Virus record (IMG/VR): IMGVR_UViG_3300032224_000970 | Location: 64,001 to 128,000 of that record | Source of the DNA: a virus | Direction: 5' to 3' (one strand) | DNA: 64,000 bases | Shown here: one piece after another, positions 1-10,071 of the stretch | Layout of the letters: the number at the start of each line of letters is the position of its first letter | How positions within the stretch are numbered: the stretch's first letter is position 1 | Position numbers and translations under genes: made by a program | The notes under the pieces: model-generated | What the model was told of the DNA's origin: nothing | Databases searched by the model: none | What the model saw: only the letters and a program-made list of their open reading frames with translations

Positions 1-284
1 ATAATGAATTGATGCAGACTAGGGTTTCTATGCTGCAGTTAGTTGATCCTTATGTTGGTAAGTATTATTCATCTAAGTGGGTTCGTAAGAATATCCTACA
101 ACAGACTGATGAAGATATGGCTGAGATGGATAAAGATATGGATCAAGATAGGAAGAATCAAGTTGAACAAGCAGATCATGAAGGAATGATAGCTGGTGTT
201 ACACAAACTGCTCAGCAAAATTATTTGCAGCAAAATGCGCCACCAGAAACACAAGAAGCACCTACAAGTAAACAGGAGAAATAA
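1..284 (+). CDS. gp20: portal protein gp20, C-terminal part (truncated by window start)
   Basis: DPYVGKYYSSKWVRKNILQQTDEDMAEMDK is the typical T4-like portal C-terminus; lies directly upstream of gp67/gp21. Confidence 0.9.
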   Translation, partial: NELMQTRVSMLQLVDPYVGKYYSSKWVRKNILQQTDEDMAEMDKDMDQDRKNQVEQADHEGMIAGVTQTAQQNYLQQNAPPETQEAPTSKQEK

Positions 285-286
285 TT

Positions 287-475
287 ATGAGTGAAGTTAG
301 AAACTTAATCGATGCTATTAGCACTGGTGATGCAGTTGGAACTGAAGAGTCTTTCGGTGCTGCCATGGCAGAAAAGATTTCCGCAAAACTTGACGATATG
401 CGTCAAGCGATTGCACAAACAATGTTCAATCATGCTGCAGAAGCTGATAACATTGAAACAGAAACTCAGGAGTAA
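287..475 (+). CDS. gp67: prohead core protein gp67-like
   Basis: Small acidic ORF after the portal; LIDAISTGDAV..F..AMAEKISAKLD pattern; RBS AGGAG. Confidence 0.75.
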   Translation: MSEVRNLIDAISTGDAVGTEESFGAAMAEKISAKLDDMRQAIAQTMFNHAAEADNIETETQE

Positions 476-479
476 TTAA

Positions 480-1055
480 ATGTCAGATCTAATTAACGCT
501 GTCGTTAAAGCATTGGACAATGCTCCAAGCACTTCAAATCAGTTCTCAGAAAACTGGGGTGCTGCGATGGGTGCAATGGCAGCTGCCCAGCATGCTAACT
601 CTAAAGAAGAGAAAAAAGAAAAGAAGAAAGACGATGAGTCTAAAGAGATGAAAGAGGAAGACGAGTCTAAAGAAAAGAAAAAAGACGATGAGTCTAAAGA
701 AAAGAAAAAAGACGATGAAGACGAAGAAGAGTTAAGTGAGGAAGAGATTCTTTCTACTATTTCTGAAATGTCTATTGAAGAATTGACTCAACTTACTGAA
801 GAAGAGCAATCAATCGTTCTTGAAGTTGTAAAACTATACGGTAAAACTGGACCAGGAGAAACTGAAAAGCGTTTCCCTGCAAAACGTGAAGGTGGTCTAC
901 ACACTGCAACTACTCAGGCGCATCGTGACACTACTGCACAAATTGCTAAAGCTGCTCGTAAAGCGAGACGTGCTGCTGGTAAGTCTGGCGTGATTCCAAA
1001 GAATCGTGAAGCCAGTGGCGCCAACAAAAGCATGTCTGTAACAAGATTCAAATAA
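480..1055 (+). CDS. low-complexity acidic/basic protein at the gp68 (prohead core) position
   Basis: K/E/D repeats, acidic middle, basic C-terminus (AKAARKARRAAGK); located between gp67 and gp21. Confidence 0.5.
   Translation: MSDLINAVVKALDNAPSTSNQFSENWGAAMGAMAAAQHANSKEEKKEKKKDDESKEMKEEDESKEKKKDDESKEKKKDDEDEEELSEEEILSTISEMSIEELTQLTEEEQSIVLEVVKLYGKTGPGETEKRFPAKREGGLHTATTQAHRDTTAQIAKAARKARRAAGKSGVIPKNREASGANKSMSVTRFK
609..716 (+). repeat. 27-bp coding tandem repeat (ESKEKKKDD)
   Basis: gagtctaaagaaaagaaaaaagacgat is identical at 663 and 690, with degenerate copies at 636 and 609. Confidence 0.85.
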
Positions 1056-1056
1056 T

Positions 1057-1611
1057 ATGTACTTCGGACAGTTTTCAAAATCAATAAACAAGTCTATGGG
1101 TGTAGATCTCGTAGAGAGTATCTACTCCTATGGACATTTGATTCAGAGAACTGCTGATGATAAAATTCTAGTTGACAAAACTGAGACAGAGTTTAAGACT
1201 TTAGAAGAGGCAAGAACATTTATCAAGAATAAAAATTATTCAGATATACTAGAAGAAGAAGTCACGAAAGAACTATACGAAGATATAACTGATACACGTA
1301 TTGCTAATATCATTAAAGAATATCATAATGTCAAAGTAACAGATACTTTAATAGAAACATATATCGATCTTGCCTCTTCTAAAATCTTCACAGTTGATCC
1401 AGTAGTCCAAGAAATTCGTGCGTTAAATAAATCGGATAAAATTGTTGAGGGTAAGTTACACTACGAATTAAATGATGGTTGTGTAGTCGCAATAAATGAA
1501 GCTACACAAATTACACTAAATAATTTGTTACAGGGTCAACAAGAAATTATTGGGTACATGAGAGAGTCGAAAGATAACTTCCTTCATGTGCTTGAAAGAA
1601 TAGAGGAATAA
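1057..1611 (+). CDS. hypothetical protein (head module)
   Basis: 184-aa ORF tightly packed in the head operon. Confidence 0.6.
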   Translation: MYFGQFSKSINKSMGVDLVESIYSYGHLIQRTADDKILVDKTETEFKTLEEARTFIKNKNYSDILEEEVTKELYEDITDTRIANIIKEYHNVKVTDTLIETYIDLASSKIFTVDPVVQEIRALNKSDKIVEGKLHYELNDGCVVAINEATQITLNNLLQGQQEIIGYMRESKDNFLHVLERIEE

Positions 1612-1612
1612 A

Positions 1613-2074
1613 ATGGCTGTCACTAAAACCGTAATGAAAAATACGAACCAAGAGACCATTGTAAAAGTTACTGGTACTGCAGCTGCAGCTACTATTACTT
1701 TGAACAGTGATTGTTTGGCATCTACTCAGGCATTAACTGCAGGTGGAACTCCTACTGCAAACATCGTTGGAGTTATGGTAACTGGACTATTGAGTAGTTC
1801 TGTAACTATCGCAAGAAACAGCGCAACAGTTTTGTCATTCGCAGCAGAAAATGCTAGTAACTTTAATTTTGAAGGTAATGGGTTTGTTGAAACTACAGCA
1901 AATACATCTGACATTGTAGTTACTATTGCTGGCGCAGAAGCAACAGCTTACGTAACTATTCGCAAAATTGCTGGTTACTCTAGCAAGGTTGAAACTGCTG
2001 TTTATGGTGCTTATGATGATGTTACTCGTGTTGGTGCTTCTACCACATTGAGTGGTTCTCCAGATAAGGTATAA
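1613..2074 (+). CDS. putative virion structural protein
   Basis: Thr/Ala/Gly-rich, predicted beta-rich, in the head operon; RBS GAGG. Confidence 0.55.
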   Translation: MAVTKTVMKNTNQETIVKVTGTAAAATITLNSDCLASTQALTAGGTPTANIVGVMVTGLLSSSVTIARNSATVLSFAAENASNFNFEGNGFVETTANTSDIVVTIAGAEATAYVTIRKIAGYSSKVETAVYGAYDDVTRVGASTTLSGSPDKV

Positions 2075-2077
2075 GCC

Positions 2078-2734
2078 ATGAGACTAATCAGAGAAGTTAA
2101 CGAATCTACTCAGTTTATTGTTGAGAAAGATCTCAGCGGTAAAGGTAAGAACTATTTTATTGAAGGTGTATTCCTTCAATCAGAATTACAAAATCGTAAT
2201 GGTCGCATGTATCCAGAAAAAGTTATGGATAAAGAAGTTGCTCGTTACATGAAAGAGAATGTAGATAATAATCGTGCATACGGAGAGTTGGGTCATCCTG
2301 ATACTCCATCGATTAATCTAGATCGTGTGTCCCACATGATTACCTCTTTGAAAAAAGAAGGTACAAACTATGTAGGTCGTGCAAAGATTTTAGAAACTCC
2401 AATGGGTATGATTGCTCGTGGTCTTTTAGATGGTGGAGCGAATCTTGGAGTTTCTAGTAGAGCACTTGGATCACTGAAGTCTAACAACGAAGGTGTTCAA
2501 ATTGTTCAAGACGATTTTATGCTGTCCACTGCAGCTGACATCGTTGCCGACCCTTCTGCCCCTGATGCTTACGTACGTGGTATTATGGAGGGCAAAGAGT
2601 GGGTTTTCGTTGATGGAAAGTTTGTGGAAAGACATATTGAAGAAGCAAAATCTTTTATTAGAAAGACTTCTTCACGTAACTTAGAAGAAGCGAAGGTTCT
2701 CGCTTTTCAAAGATTTCTGAGTAAAATCAGATAA
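2078..2734 (+). CDS. gp21: prohead protease gp21
   Basis: NRNGRMYP, AYGELGHP, LGVSSRALGS and ADIVADPSAPDA motifs. Confidence 0.97.
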   Translation: MRLIREVNESTQFIVEKDLSGKGKNYFIEGVFLQSELQNRNGRMYPEKVMDKEVARYMKENVDNNRAYGELGHPDTPSINLDRVSHMITSLKKEGTNYVGRAKILETPMGMIARGLLDGGANLGVSSRALGSLKSNNEGVQIVQDDFMLSTAADIVADPSAPDAYVRGIMEGKEWVFVDGKFVERHIEEAKSFIRKTSSRNLEEAKVLAFQRFLSKIR

Positions 2735-2744
2735 ATAATAAATA
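2731..2744 (+). promoter_or_regulatory. T4-type late promoter (tandem ATAAATA)
   Basis: Resembles the gp55 TATAAATA box; directly upstream of gp22. Confidence 0.55.
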
Positions 2745-2774
2745 ATATAGAACTTATCCAGTTAGGAGAAAACG

Positions 2775-3809
2775 ATGTCAATCGAACAAAAAATCGCTGA
2801 AATGCTTGCCGAGTCTCGTGCGAAAGAATTAGACGAAGCTAAATTTGCTGGTGCCGAAGGTGGTCAAGATTCTGGTAAAGATGGTGCACAGGCTGGAGAT
2901 AAAACTCCAATCCGTAGTTCATCAAACAATGTTCCAGCATCTAACCCAGAAGCAAATCCAGCTAACGCAAAGAATAACGTCCAAGATGAAGATGAAGCTG
3001 CAAATGCTACATCGAAGAAAGGAAACCCTGCTACTGCTTCCTCTGCAGCTGGAGATCAAACTCCAATTCGCAAAGGTGATGCTGTAAAAGGTGTTAAAGA
3101 AGATATTGATGCACTTATGAATGGCGAAGAACTTTCTGAGGAATTCCGTCAGAAAGCTACTACTATTTTTGAAGCTGCAGTAATGACACGTGTTAATGAA
3201 GAATTAGCACGTATCGAAGAAGAATTCGATTCCAGATTGCAAGAGGCAATCGAAAAGAATAAAGAGGGTCTTGTTGAACAGGTTGATGGATATCTCGACT
3301 ACGTTGTCGAGCAGTGGATTGCACAGAATGAACTTGCCCTTGAGCGTGGTATGAAGTCTGAAATTGTTGAAGGTTTCATCAGTGGTTTGAAAGGTCTCTT
3401 CCAAGAGCACTATATCGATATTCCTGAAGAGAAATTCGATGTACTTGGTGCACTAGAAGAACAAGTCGCTACTCTTGAAGAGAAACTAAACGAACAAGTC
3501 GCTGTTAACGTCGAGATGAATAAAACACTTGGCGCACTAAAGCGTTCTGAAATCGTTTCTGAGATTAGCGAAGGTCTAGCTGACACTGAAGTTGAAAAAC
3601 TAAAAGGTCTAGCAGAAGAACTTTCATACGAAGATGAAGAATCTTTCAAAGTTAAAGTTCAAACTATTCGTGAGAACTACTTCACTACTAAAGCACAAGC
3701 AGATATTAAATCTGTTGTAACTGATGCTCCTGTTGACCAATTGACTGAAGAGGTAAAACTCGATCCAGCGATGGCTGCATACACTAGCATCCTTAACCGC
3801 AACAAATAA
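2775..3809 (+). CDS. gp22: prohead core scaffold protein gp22
   Basis: ELSEEFRQKATTIFEAAV, VDGYLDYVVEQW and FISGLKGLFQEHYIDIPEEK motifs; between gp21 and gp23. Confidence 0.95.
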   Translation: MSIEQKIAEMLAESRAKELDEAKFAGAEGGQDSGKDGAQAGDKTPIRSSSNNVPASNPEANPANAKNNVQDEDEAANATSKKGNPATASSAAGDQTPIRKGDAVKGVKEDIDALMNGEELSEEFRQKATTIFEAAVMTRVNEELARIEEEFDSRLQEAIEKNKEGLVEQVDGYLDYVVEQWIAQNELALERGMKSEIVEGFISGLKGLFQEHYIDIPEEKFDVLGALEEQVATLEEKLNEQVAVNVEMNKTLGALKRSEIVSEISEGLADTEVEKLKGLAEELSYEDEESFKVKVQTIRENYFTTKAQADIKSVVTDAPVDQLTEEVKLDPAMAAYTSILNRNK

Positions 3810-3824
3810 TTAAAAGGAAATAAA

Positions 3825-5117
3825 ATGACAATTCGTCAAGATCTAGTTAAAAAATGGGCACCTGTGCTTGAGCACGAAGGCGCAGCCCCAATCAAAGATC
3901 AGTATCGTAAAGAAGTTACTGCTGTTCTTTTGGAAAACCAAGAACGTGAAATGCGCAAGCAAACTGAAGCTCTTTTCGAAGCTGCTCCAGCTAACGCTGT
4001 TGGTTCTTATGGCGACACTGGCGGTTTCGCTAAGTTTGATCCAGTATTGATCAGCTTGGTTCGCCGTGCAATGCCACAACTTATTGCGTATGACATCGCT
4101 GGCGTTCAGCCAATGACTCAGCCTACTGGCTTAATCTTCGCAATGAAGTCACGTTATTCAACACAAGGTGGTACTGAAGCATTGTTCAACGAAGCTGACT
4201 CTGCATTCTCAGGTACTGGTACTCAAACAACTCCATTTGACTTCGGTGGTTCAGAGACTACTGGTACTGGTGTTACTACTGCTGCAGGTGAGCGTCTTGG
4301 TCAAGGTGGCGTGGGTGATGGTTCTTTCGGTGCTATGGCTTTCTCAATCGAGAAAACTAGCGTAACTGCTAAGACTCGTGCTCTAAAGGCTGAGTACTCA
4401 ATCGAATTGGCACAAGACATGAAGTCTGTTCATGGTCTTGACGCTGAAGGCGAATTGAGCAACATCCTTTCAACAGAGATCCTTGCTGAGATCAATCGTG
4501 AAGTTGTTCGTACTGTATATGCAACTGCTAAGGCAGGTGCTGCTGTTGGTACTACTACTGCTGGTACTTTTGACCTAGACACTGACTCTAATGGTCGTTG
4601 GTCTGTTGAGAAATTCAAAGGTCTATTGTTCCAAATCGAACGTGAAGCCAATGCGATTGGTCAACAAACTCGTCGTGGTCGTGGTAACTTCATCATCACT
4701 TCAGCTGACGTTGCGTCTGCTCTAGCGATGGCTGGTGTTCTTGACTATGCTCCAGCATTGTCAACTAGCCTAAATGTTGATGATACTTCTACTACTTTCG
4801 CAGGTGTTCTAAATGGTAAGTACAAAGTGTATGTTGACCCATATACTTCAAACGTAAGCGCAACTCAGTATTTTGTTTGCGGATACAAAGGTACTTCAGC
4901 ATTTGACGCTGGTCTATTCTACTGCCCATACGTTCCACTACAATTGGTTCGTGCAGTTGATCCTAACAGCTTCCAACCAAAGATTGGTTTCAAGACTCGT
5001 TACGGTCTAGTTGCTAACCCATTCGTTAACTTGGACGATGGTACTAGCGGTGAGGATAACCTAACTGTTAATGCAAACTACTACTACCGTCGTGTTAAGG
5101 TTACTAACCTAATGTAA
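3825..5117 (+). CDS. gp23: major capsid protein gp23
   Basis: FDPVLISLVRRAMPQLIAYDIAGVQPM, RALKAEYSIELAQD and FQPKIGFKTRYG motifs. Confidence 0.99.
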   Translation: MTIRQDLVKKWAPVLEHEGAAPIKDQYRKEVTAVLLENQEREMRKQTEALFEAAPANAVGSYGDTGGFAKFDPVLISLVRRAMPQLIAYDIAGVQPMTQPTGLIFAMKSRYSTQGGTEALFNEADSAFSGTGTQTTPFDFGGSETTGTGVTTAAGERLGQGGVGDGSFGAMAFSIEKTSVTAKTRALKAEYSIELAQDMKSVHGLDAEGELSNILSTEILAEINREVVRTVYATAKAGAAVGTTTAGTFDLDTDSNGRWSVEKFKGLLFQIEREANAIGQQTRRGRGNFIITSADVASALAMAGVLDYAPALSTSLNVDDTSTTFAGVLNGKYKVYVDPYTSNVSATQYFVCGYKGTSAFDAGLFYCPYVPLQLVRAVDPNSFQPKIGFKTRYGLVANPFVNLDDGTSGEDNLTVNANYYYRRVKVTNLM

Positions 5118-5158
5118 TCGTTAGGTTGGCTACTAAGCCGACATAGAAGCGGTACTTT

Positions 5159-5186
5159 AATGGGGATCTTCGGATCCCCATTTTTT
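5159..5186 (+). terminator. rho-independent terminator after gp23
   Basis: Stem tggggatc, loop TTCG, stem gatcccca, then a T6 tract. Confidence 0.9.
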
Positions 5187-5192
5187 ATTCGA

Positions 5193-5199
5193 CTAAATA
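5193..5199 (+). promoter_or_regulatory. late promoter (CTAAATA)
   Basis: Between the terminator and the gp3 start. Confidence 0.6.
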
Positions 5200-5204
5200 A
5201 TCTT

Positions 5205-5738
5205 ATGGCTAATACACTTTCTTGTCCGATTCCAGATAACATCAACCCACTATCTCCGAATGGGTTTAATTTTGCTATACAGAAATTACCTGAGATGAGT
5301 TACTTCTGTCAGCAAGTAAACTTACCTGGAATTATTTTGGGTGAGCCAACTATCGCTAACCCATTTACAACACAACCACTTCCTGGCGAACACTTAACCT
5401 ATGATTCTCTGAATGTGCAGTTTTTGGTTGATGAGAATATGGCAAACTATAAAGCAATCTATAACTGGATTATTGCTTTAGGTTTCCCTAACAACTACGA
5501 TCAGTATATAAATTTTATCAATGCAGACCAACGTGGTCTAACTTCTGAATTAGCAAAGAACTATTCAGATGCATCTCTTGAGATACTTGGGTCAAATAAT
5601 CTTGCAGTGCAAACTGTTCAGTTTGTTGACATGTTTCCAACAACTCTCGATTCAATCGTATTTCAATCTACAAACAATGACGTAAATTACCTAGTAGGGA
5701 ATGCAACATTCCGCTACGGTTACTACAAATTTATTTGA
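5205..5738 (+). CDS. gp3: tail completion / tail tube terminator gp3
   Basis: NPLSPNGFNF, FCQQVNLPGI and FLVDENMANYKAIYNWI motifs; follows gp23 as in related phages. Confidence 0.9.
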   Translation: MANTLSCPIPDNINPLSPNGFNFAIQKLPEMSYFCQQVNLPGIILGEPTIANPFTTQPLPGEHLTYDSLNVQFLVDENMANYKAIYNWIIALGFPNNYDQYINFINADQRGLTSELAKNYSDASLEILGSNNLAVQTVQFVDMFPTTLDSIVFQSTNNDVNYLVGNATFRYGYYKFI

Positions 5739-5763
5739 CTTTTTTGCCAATTTGTAGTATAAT
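5735..5763 (+). promoter_or_regulatory. sigma70-type early/middle promoter
   Basis: TTGACT-17 bp-TATAAT upstream of uvsY. Confidence 0.8.
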
Positions 5764-5787
5764 GTATACTACGAAAGTGAGGATATT

Positions 5788-6225
5788 ATGACGCTAGATG
5801 AAATTCAACAAGAGTGGGACAACGATTGCCAGATAGATGATAACTATCTCGGTGAGCAATCTACTGCTACTCCCAAACTGCATGCCAAGTACGTTAAGCT
5901 ACTTGTGAATGCTAAACTCAAACATACCAAACTTTCTGCTGATTACAGCATCCTACGTAAGAACAAGTTTCGTTACTATCGTGGCGAACTCTCACGTGAT
6001 GAGTTAACACAACTTGGCTGGGATCAGTGGCAAGGTATTAAACCAATCAAGAATGAAATGGATGAATTCCTAAAGGGAGATGACGATCTGCTTGTAATAG
6101 AGCAAAGAGTTTCATATCTCGAGACTATGATATATCTTCTTGAATCTATTCTTGGACAAATCAAAGCACGTGACTGGCAGATTAAAACTGGAGTCGAGTG
6201 GAAGAAGTTTCTAGCAGGGATGTAA
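5788..6225 (+). CDS. uvsY: recombination mediator UvsY
   Basis: TPKLHAKY, FRYYRGE and IKARDWQIKTGVEWKKFLAG motifs. Confidence 0.93.
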   Translation: MTLDEIQQEWDNDCQIDDNYLGEQSTATPKLHAKYVKLLVNAKLKHTKLSADYSILRKNKFRYYRGELSRDELTQLGWDQWQGIKPIKNEMDEFLKGDDDLLVIEQRVSYLETMIYLLESILGQIKARDWQIKTGVEWKKFLAGM

Positions 6226-7703
6226 TGGTAACGATAGAAAAATTAGATGAAGTATACATGCGAGTATTCAGCGACTCTAGTATTGAACAAGAACTTGCTG
6301 ACTTCTTTACGTATGAATATCCTGGAGCAAGGTTCACTCCGCAGTATAGAGCAAGACTTTGGGATGGTAAAGTACGTTTGTATGATCAAGTAAGAAAAAC
6401 TCTTTACGTTGGTTTATACAATTACGTACTAGAATTTTGCTCACGAAATAATTATGAAGTACAATTTAAATCGCAAATTGTATTCAGTAATGACATAACA
6501 AATGATATAGTTGAAAACTTTGCCAGATCTCTTGAACCACATGGTCGTGGTAAACCAATCGAGATACGTGACTATCAAATAGATGCAGTAACAACTGCTC
6601 TCGATAAAGAGAGAACATTACTTCTATCTCCAACTGCTTCTGGTAAATCATTTATCATATACACAACGATGCGTTGGCATCTTGACAAGGGGCGTAAGTG
6701 TATTATCATTGTTCCTACTACATCTCTCGTAGAGCAACTCTTCGCAGACTTTGAAGACTACTCATCGGTTAATGGTTGGAATACAGATTCTCACTGTCAG
6801 AAACTCTACTCTGGGTTTACAAAAGAATTTACACGTGATGTATTGATTACAACTTGGCAATCAGTATACCTGCAACCTAAAGCATGGTTCAAACAATTTA
6901 ATGTAATCTTCGGTGATGAGGCACACCAGTTTAAAGCCAAGTCTCTGACTACCGTAATGGAAAAGATGGATAATATTCGTTATCGCATCGGCACTACAGG
7001 AACTCTTGACAATAAGAAAGTGCATCGTCTAGTTCTTGAAGGTATGTTTGGTCCAGTGCATAAGGTAACTACTACCAAAGCATTGATGGACTCAGGAAGA
7101 CTCTCAACACTAAATATAACGTGCCTCATATTAAAATACTCTGAGGAGATTCGTAAAGCACAAAAGAACATGACCTACCAAGATGAAATGGATTTTATCG
7201 TATCCAATGAGGCACGAAACAAATTCATACGCAATCTGGCGGTGAAATCTAAAGGAAATACGCTAGTTCTTTTTCAATACGTTGAAAAGCATGGCAAAGT
7301 GCTATACGAACTAATCAAAAATAAAGCGCATGATGAACGTAAAATTTTCTTCGTATATGGTGGAACTGATACAACTGATCGAGAAGCAGTGCGTCATATC
7401 ACAGAAGGAGAGAGCGATGCTATTATCATTGCGTCGTTCGGGACATTTTCGACTGGTATCAATATACCTTCGATTGAGAATGTTATCTTTGCGTCTCCTT
7501 CAAAAAGTAAGATTCGCAATCTACAAAGTATTGGTCGTGGTCTAAGATTGAAGGATGGTAAGACTGCTTGCAATCTTTATGACATTGCAGATGATCTGCA
7601 CTGGAAGTCATGGAAGAACCATACTCTAAATCATGCAGCTGAACGCTACAAAACTTATGCCGAAGAGCAGTTTGAAATAAAATTAGTGGAGGTTACTTTA
7701 TGA
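6225..7703 (+). CDS. uvsW: RNA-DNA/DNA helicase UvsW
   Basis: WDGKVRL, SPTASGKS, DEAH and LQSIGRGLR SF2 motifs. Confidence 0.97.
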   Translation: MVTIEKLDEVYMRVFSDSSIEQELADFFTYEYPGARFTPQYRARLWDGKVRLYDQVRKTLYVGLYNYVLEFCSRNNYEVQFKSQIVFSNDITNDIVENFARSLEPHGRGKPIEIRDYQIDAVTTALDKERTLLLSPTASGKSFIIYTTMRWHLDKGRKCIIIVPTTSLVEQLFADFEDYSSVNGWNTDSHCQKLYSGFTKEFTRDVLITTWQSVYLQPKAWFKQFNVIFGDEAHQFKAKSLTTVMEKMDNIRYRIGTTGTLDNKKVHRLVLEGMFGPVHKVTTTKALMDSGRLSTLNITCLILKYSEEIRKAQKNMTYQDEMDFIVSNEARNKFIRNLAVKSKGNTLVLFQYVEKHGKVLYELIKNKAHDERKIFFVYGGTDTTDREAVRHITEGESDAIIIASFGTFSTGINIPSIENVIFASPSKSKIRNLQSIGRGLRLKDGKTACNLYDIADDLHWKSWKNHTLNHAAERYKTYAEEQFEIKLVEVTL

Positions 7704-8200
7704 TTAATACAGAAGGAAACTTTGTAATCATAAAACTTGTTTCTGGTGAACAGATTATGGCAACATTGACCAATGAAGATGATGCAATGATACAAATTGA
7801 CTATCCAATGCTCATTAGGCTAGTCCCATTTATGCAGGGTGGTAAAACACATGAACATGTGACTGCGTCGCCACTGTGTCAATTTTCTGAAGATAAACAC
7901 TTCAGTATCCCAAAAAGCACTGTTATATTTGTCAAGAAACTCCATCAAATGATCGTGCCACATTATACACGTTTAGTAGACGAACATGAAGCATCTGTTC
8001 TTGTGAGAAAAGAAGAGGATGGCTCCGTAAGTCAAATATCATTGAAGCCAGTGGAAGAGGAAGAAGAACCGATTACTGTGGAGGAAATTCGCAGAAGGAT
8101 TGATATGCTGGAAGCAATCGCTAATGCTCCCACTGTAAGAACCGAGGAAGAGAAAGAAGGTTATCGTTATTACATCGAAGGAAACGATACACTTAATTGA
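7700..8200 (+). CDS. conserved T4-like hypothetical protein (Sm-like N-terminus)
   Basis: IIKLVSGEQIMA motif; usual position between uvsW and gp55. Confidence 0.6.
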   Translation: MINTEGNFVIIKLVSGEQIMATLTNEDDAMIQIDYPMLIRLVPFMQGGKTHEHVTASPLCQFSEDKHFSIPKSTVIFVKKLHQMIVPHYTRLVDEHEASVLVRKEEDGSVSQISLKPVEEEEEPITVEEIRRRIDMLEAIANAPTVRTEEEKEGYRYYIEGNDTLN

Positions 8201-8291
8201 ATTTCTCATCAACCCTAACACTGTAAGTTTACTCGCTTGTCAAATAAAAGTAAAATAAATTTACACTTGCAAAAATGCAATAAAAATATAT

Positions 8292-8320
8292 TTGCTTTTT
8301 AATCAGTTATGTAGTATAAT
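8292..8320 (+). promoter_or_regulatory. sigma70-type promoter
   Basis: TTGCTT-17 bp-TATAAT upstream of gp55. Confidence 0.7.
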
Positions 8321-8350
8321 GAATTTTGTTATTTGAAAGGATTGAATCTT

Positions 8351-8893
8351 GTGGCTCATTACGTAGACAATAAAGAATTTTTAAAAGCGATCACTGAACA
8401 TCGAGCGAAGGTGATGGATGCAAAGGAGAAAGGTTTACCCTTACCCCAAGTACCAAATTATCTCGGCGACTGCATTCTTAAGATAGCAACACACCTATCT
8501 TACAAACCCAACTTCATAAACTATTCATACCGAGAAGAGATGATCTCTGATGGCATTGAAAACTGTTTACAATATTTCAATAACTTTGATCCTGCAAAAT
8601 CTTCAAATCCTTTCGCATACTTCACGCAAATTATCTACTATGCATTCTTGCGTAGGATAGCTACTGAGAAGAAACAAACATACGTTAAAGGTAAGCTGAT
8701 TCAAGACATGCCATTCGATGCTTTTGAGTTACAAGAGCATGACGAAGATGGACAATATCAAAATGCTTATCTTGACTTCATGCAAAACAATCAGAACTTT
8801 GATGACTTTATTGAACGTAAGAAAGAAAAGCGTAAGAAGAAAAAAGAGCAATCTACCCTTGATGAATTTATTGGATTGAAAGATGAACAATGA
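8351..8893 (+). CDS. gp55: late-transcription sigma factor gp55
   Basis: HYVDNKEF, EMISDGIENC and NPFAYFTQIIYYAFLRRI motifs; GTG start. Confidence 0.97.
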   Translation: MAHYVDNKEFLKAITEHRAKVMDAKEKGLPLPQVPNYLGDCILKIATHLSYKPNFINYSYREEMISDGIENCLQYFNNFDPAKSSNPFAYFTQIIYYAFLRRIATEKKQTYVKGKLIQDMPFDAFELQEHDEDGQYQNAYLDFMQNNQNFDDFIERKKEKRKKKKEQSTLDEFIGLKDEQ

Positions 8894-10071
8894 GTTTTGA
8901 TTTACGTGATTATATAACTACATTAAGAAATGCGCCAGCTTTGCGTAGAACAAAACCAGCGACAGCATCCCGAAAAAGAAGAGCTAAAAGATTATTGCGT
9001 AAACATGTGTGGCACCCTTCTGATAATGTTTTTAATTTGAAAGAGATTATGAGTAATAATGACAATAAAATTTTCCTTGGTGTGTCAGATACTGAAGATC
9101 TGATCACTGCTGAGATTATGAAATTACGTGCAGACGAAAACAAAACAACAGTGCAAAGAGAGACCACTGTTCTTTGTAATCGTGCTCGCTGGGCTGACTG
9201 GGCAGAGAATCATTACATAGATTATCTGTATGTGCAGCACAACTCTTCTGCAGGTATGATTATCGATAAGAAAAATAACAGTCTCAACTTTATTAAGTTT
9301 GATGTTAACAGCAACTCAACTACAGTACGTGCATATGGCGATGTAGATTTTTGTGAAGAACAAATTGAAATCGTTGAAGATAACTTTGATGTTGTATCAT
9401 CTTATGTTGAATGGGTTTATACTTCTGATGGTAACTCTGTCAATGTCCCACTGAATCGTGATCGTCTTCCAGTTGCAGAGATGTATCCATTCCTTAAAGA
9501 CGAAAGTCTTGAGGACTACTACGATCGTTATATGGCATCGTCAGCAAATATTCTTTTGTTGATTGGACCTCCAGGAACTGGTAAGACTACTTTCATTCGT
9601 GGTCTACTTGCACATCGCAATTGCTCTGCGATCGTTACCTATGACGCAGGCATCCTTGAGAAAGATTCTTTCTTTGCTAAATTCATTGAAGATGATTCCG
9701 AAGTTATGGTGCTTGAAGATAGCGATGCTTTCCTGAAGTCTCGTAGCGATGGTAATACAATGATGCACCGATTCCTAAATGTAGGTGATGGTCTTGTTAC
9801 AACTAAAGGTAAGAAGATGATTTTCTCTACCAATCTTCCAAGCATTCGTGATATTGATTCTGCTCTTATTCGTCCAGGACGTTGCTTTGATATTGTTGAA
9901 TTCAAACCACTGTCTCTGTTTGACGCTAAGAAATTGGCAGATAAACTTGATGCTAAACTACCAGTACGCAATGGTGGTGAAGTTGTTGAGTACTCTATTG
10001 CTGAGGTATTCAATCAGCAGTCTGAGCAAAGTAAACAAACACAAGCAAATAGAAGGATGGGGTTTGTATGA
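8890..10071 (+). CDS. AAA+ ATPase
   Basis: Walker A GPPGTGKT, Walker B VLEDSD, IDSALIRPGRCF; true start may be 9049. Confidence 0.85.
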   Translation: MSFDLRDYITTLRNAPALRRTKPATASRKRRAKRLLRKHVWHPSDNVFNLKEIMSNNDNKIFLGVSDTEDLITAEIMKLRADENKTTVQRETTVLCNRARWADWAENHYIDYLYVQHNSSAGMIIDKKNNSLNFIKFDVNSNSTTVRAYGDVDFCEEQIEIVEDNFDVVSSYVEWVYTSDGNSVNVPLNRDRLPVAEMYPFLKDESLEDYYDRYMASSANILLLIGPPGTGKTTFIRGLLAHRNCSAIVTYDAGILEKDSFFAKFIEDDSEVMVLEDSDAFLKSRSDGNTMMHRFLNVGDGLVTTKGKKMIFSTNLPSIRDIDSALIRPGRCFDIVEFKPLSLFDAKKLADKLDAKLPVRNGGEVVEYSIAEVFNQQSEQSKQTQANRRMGFV

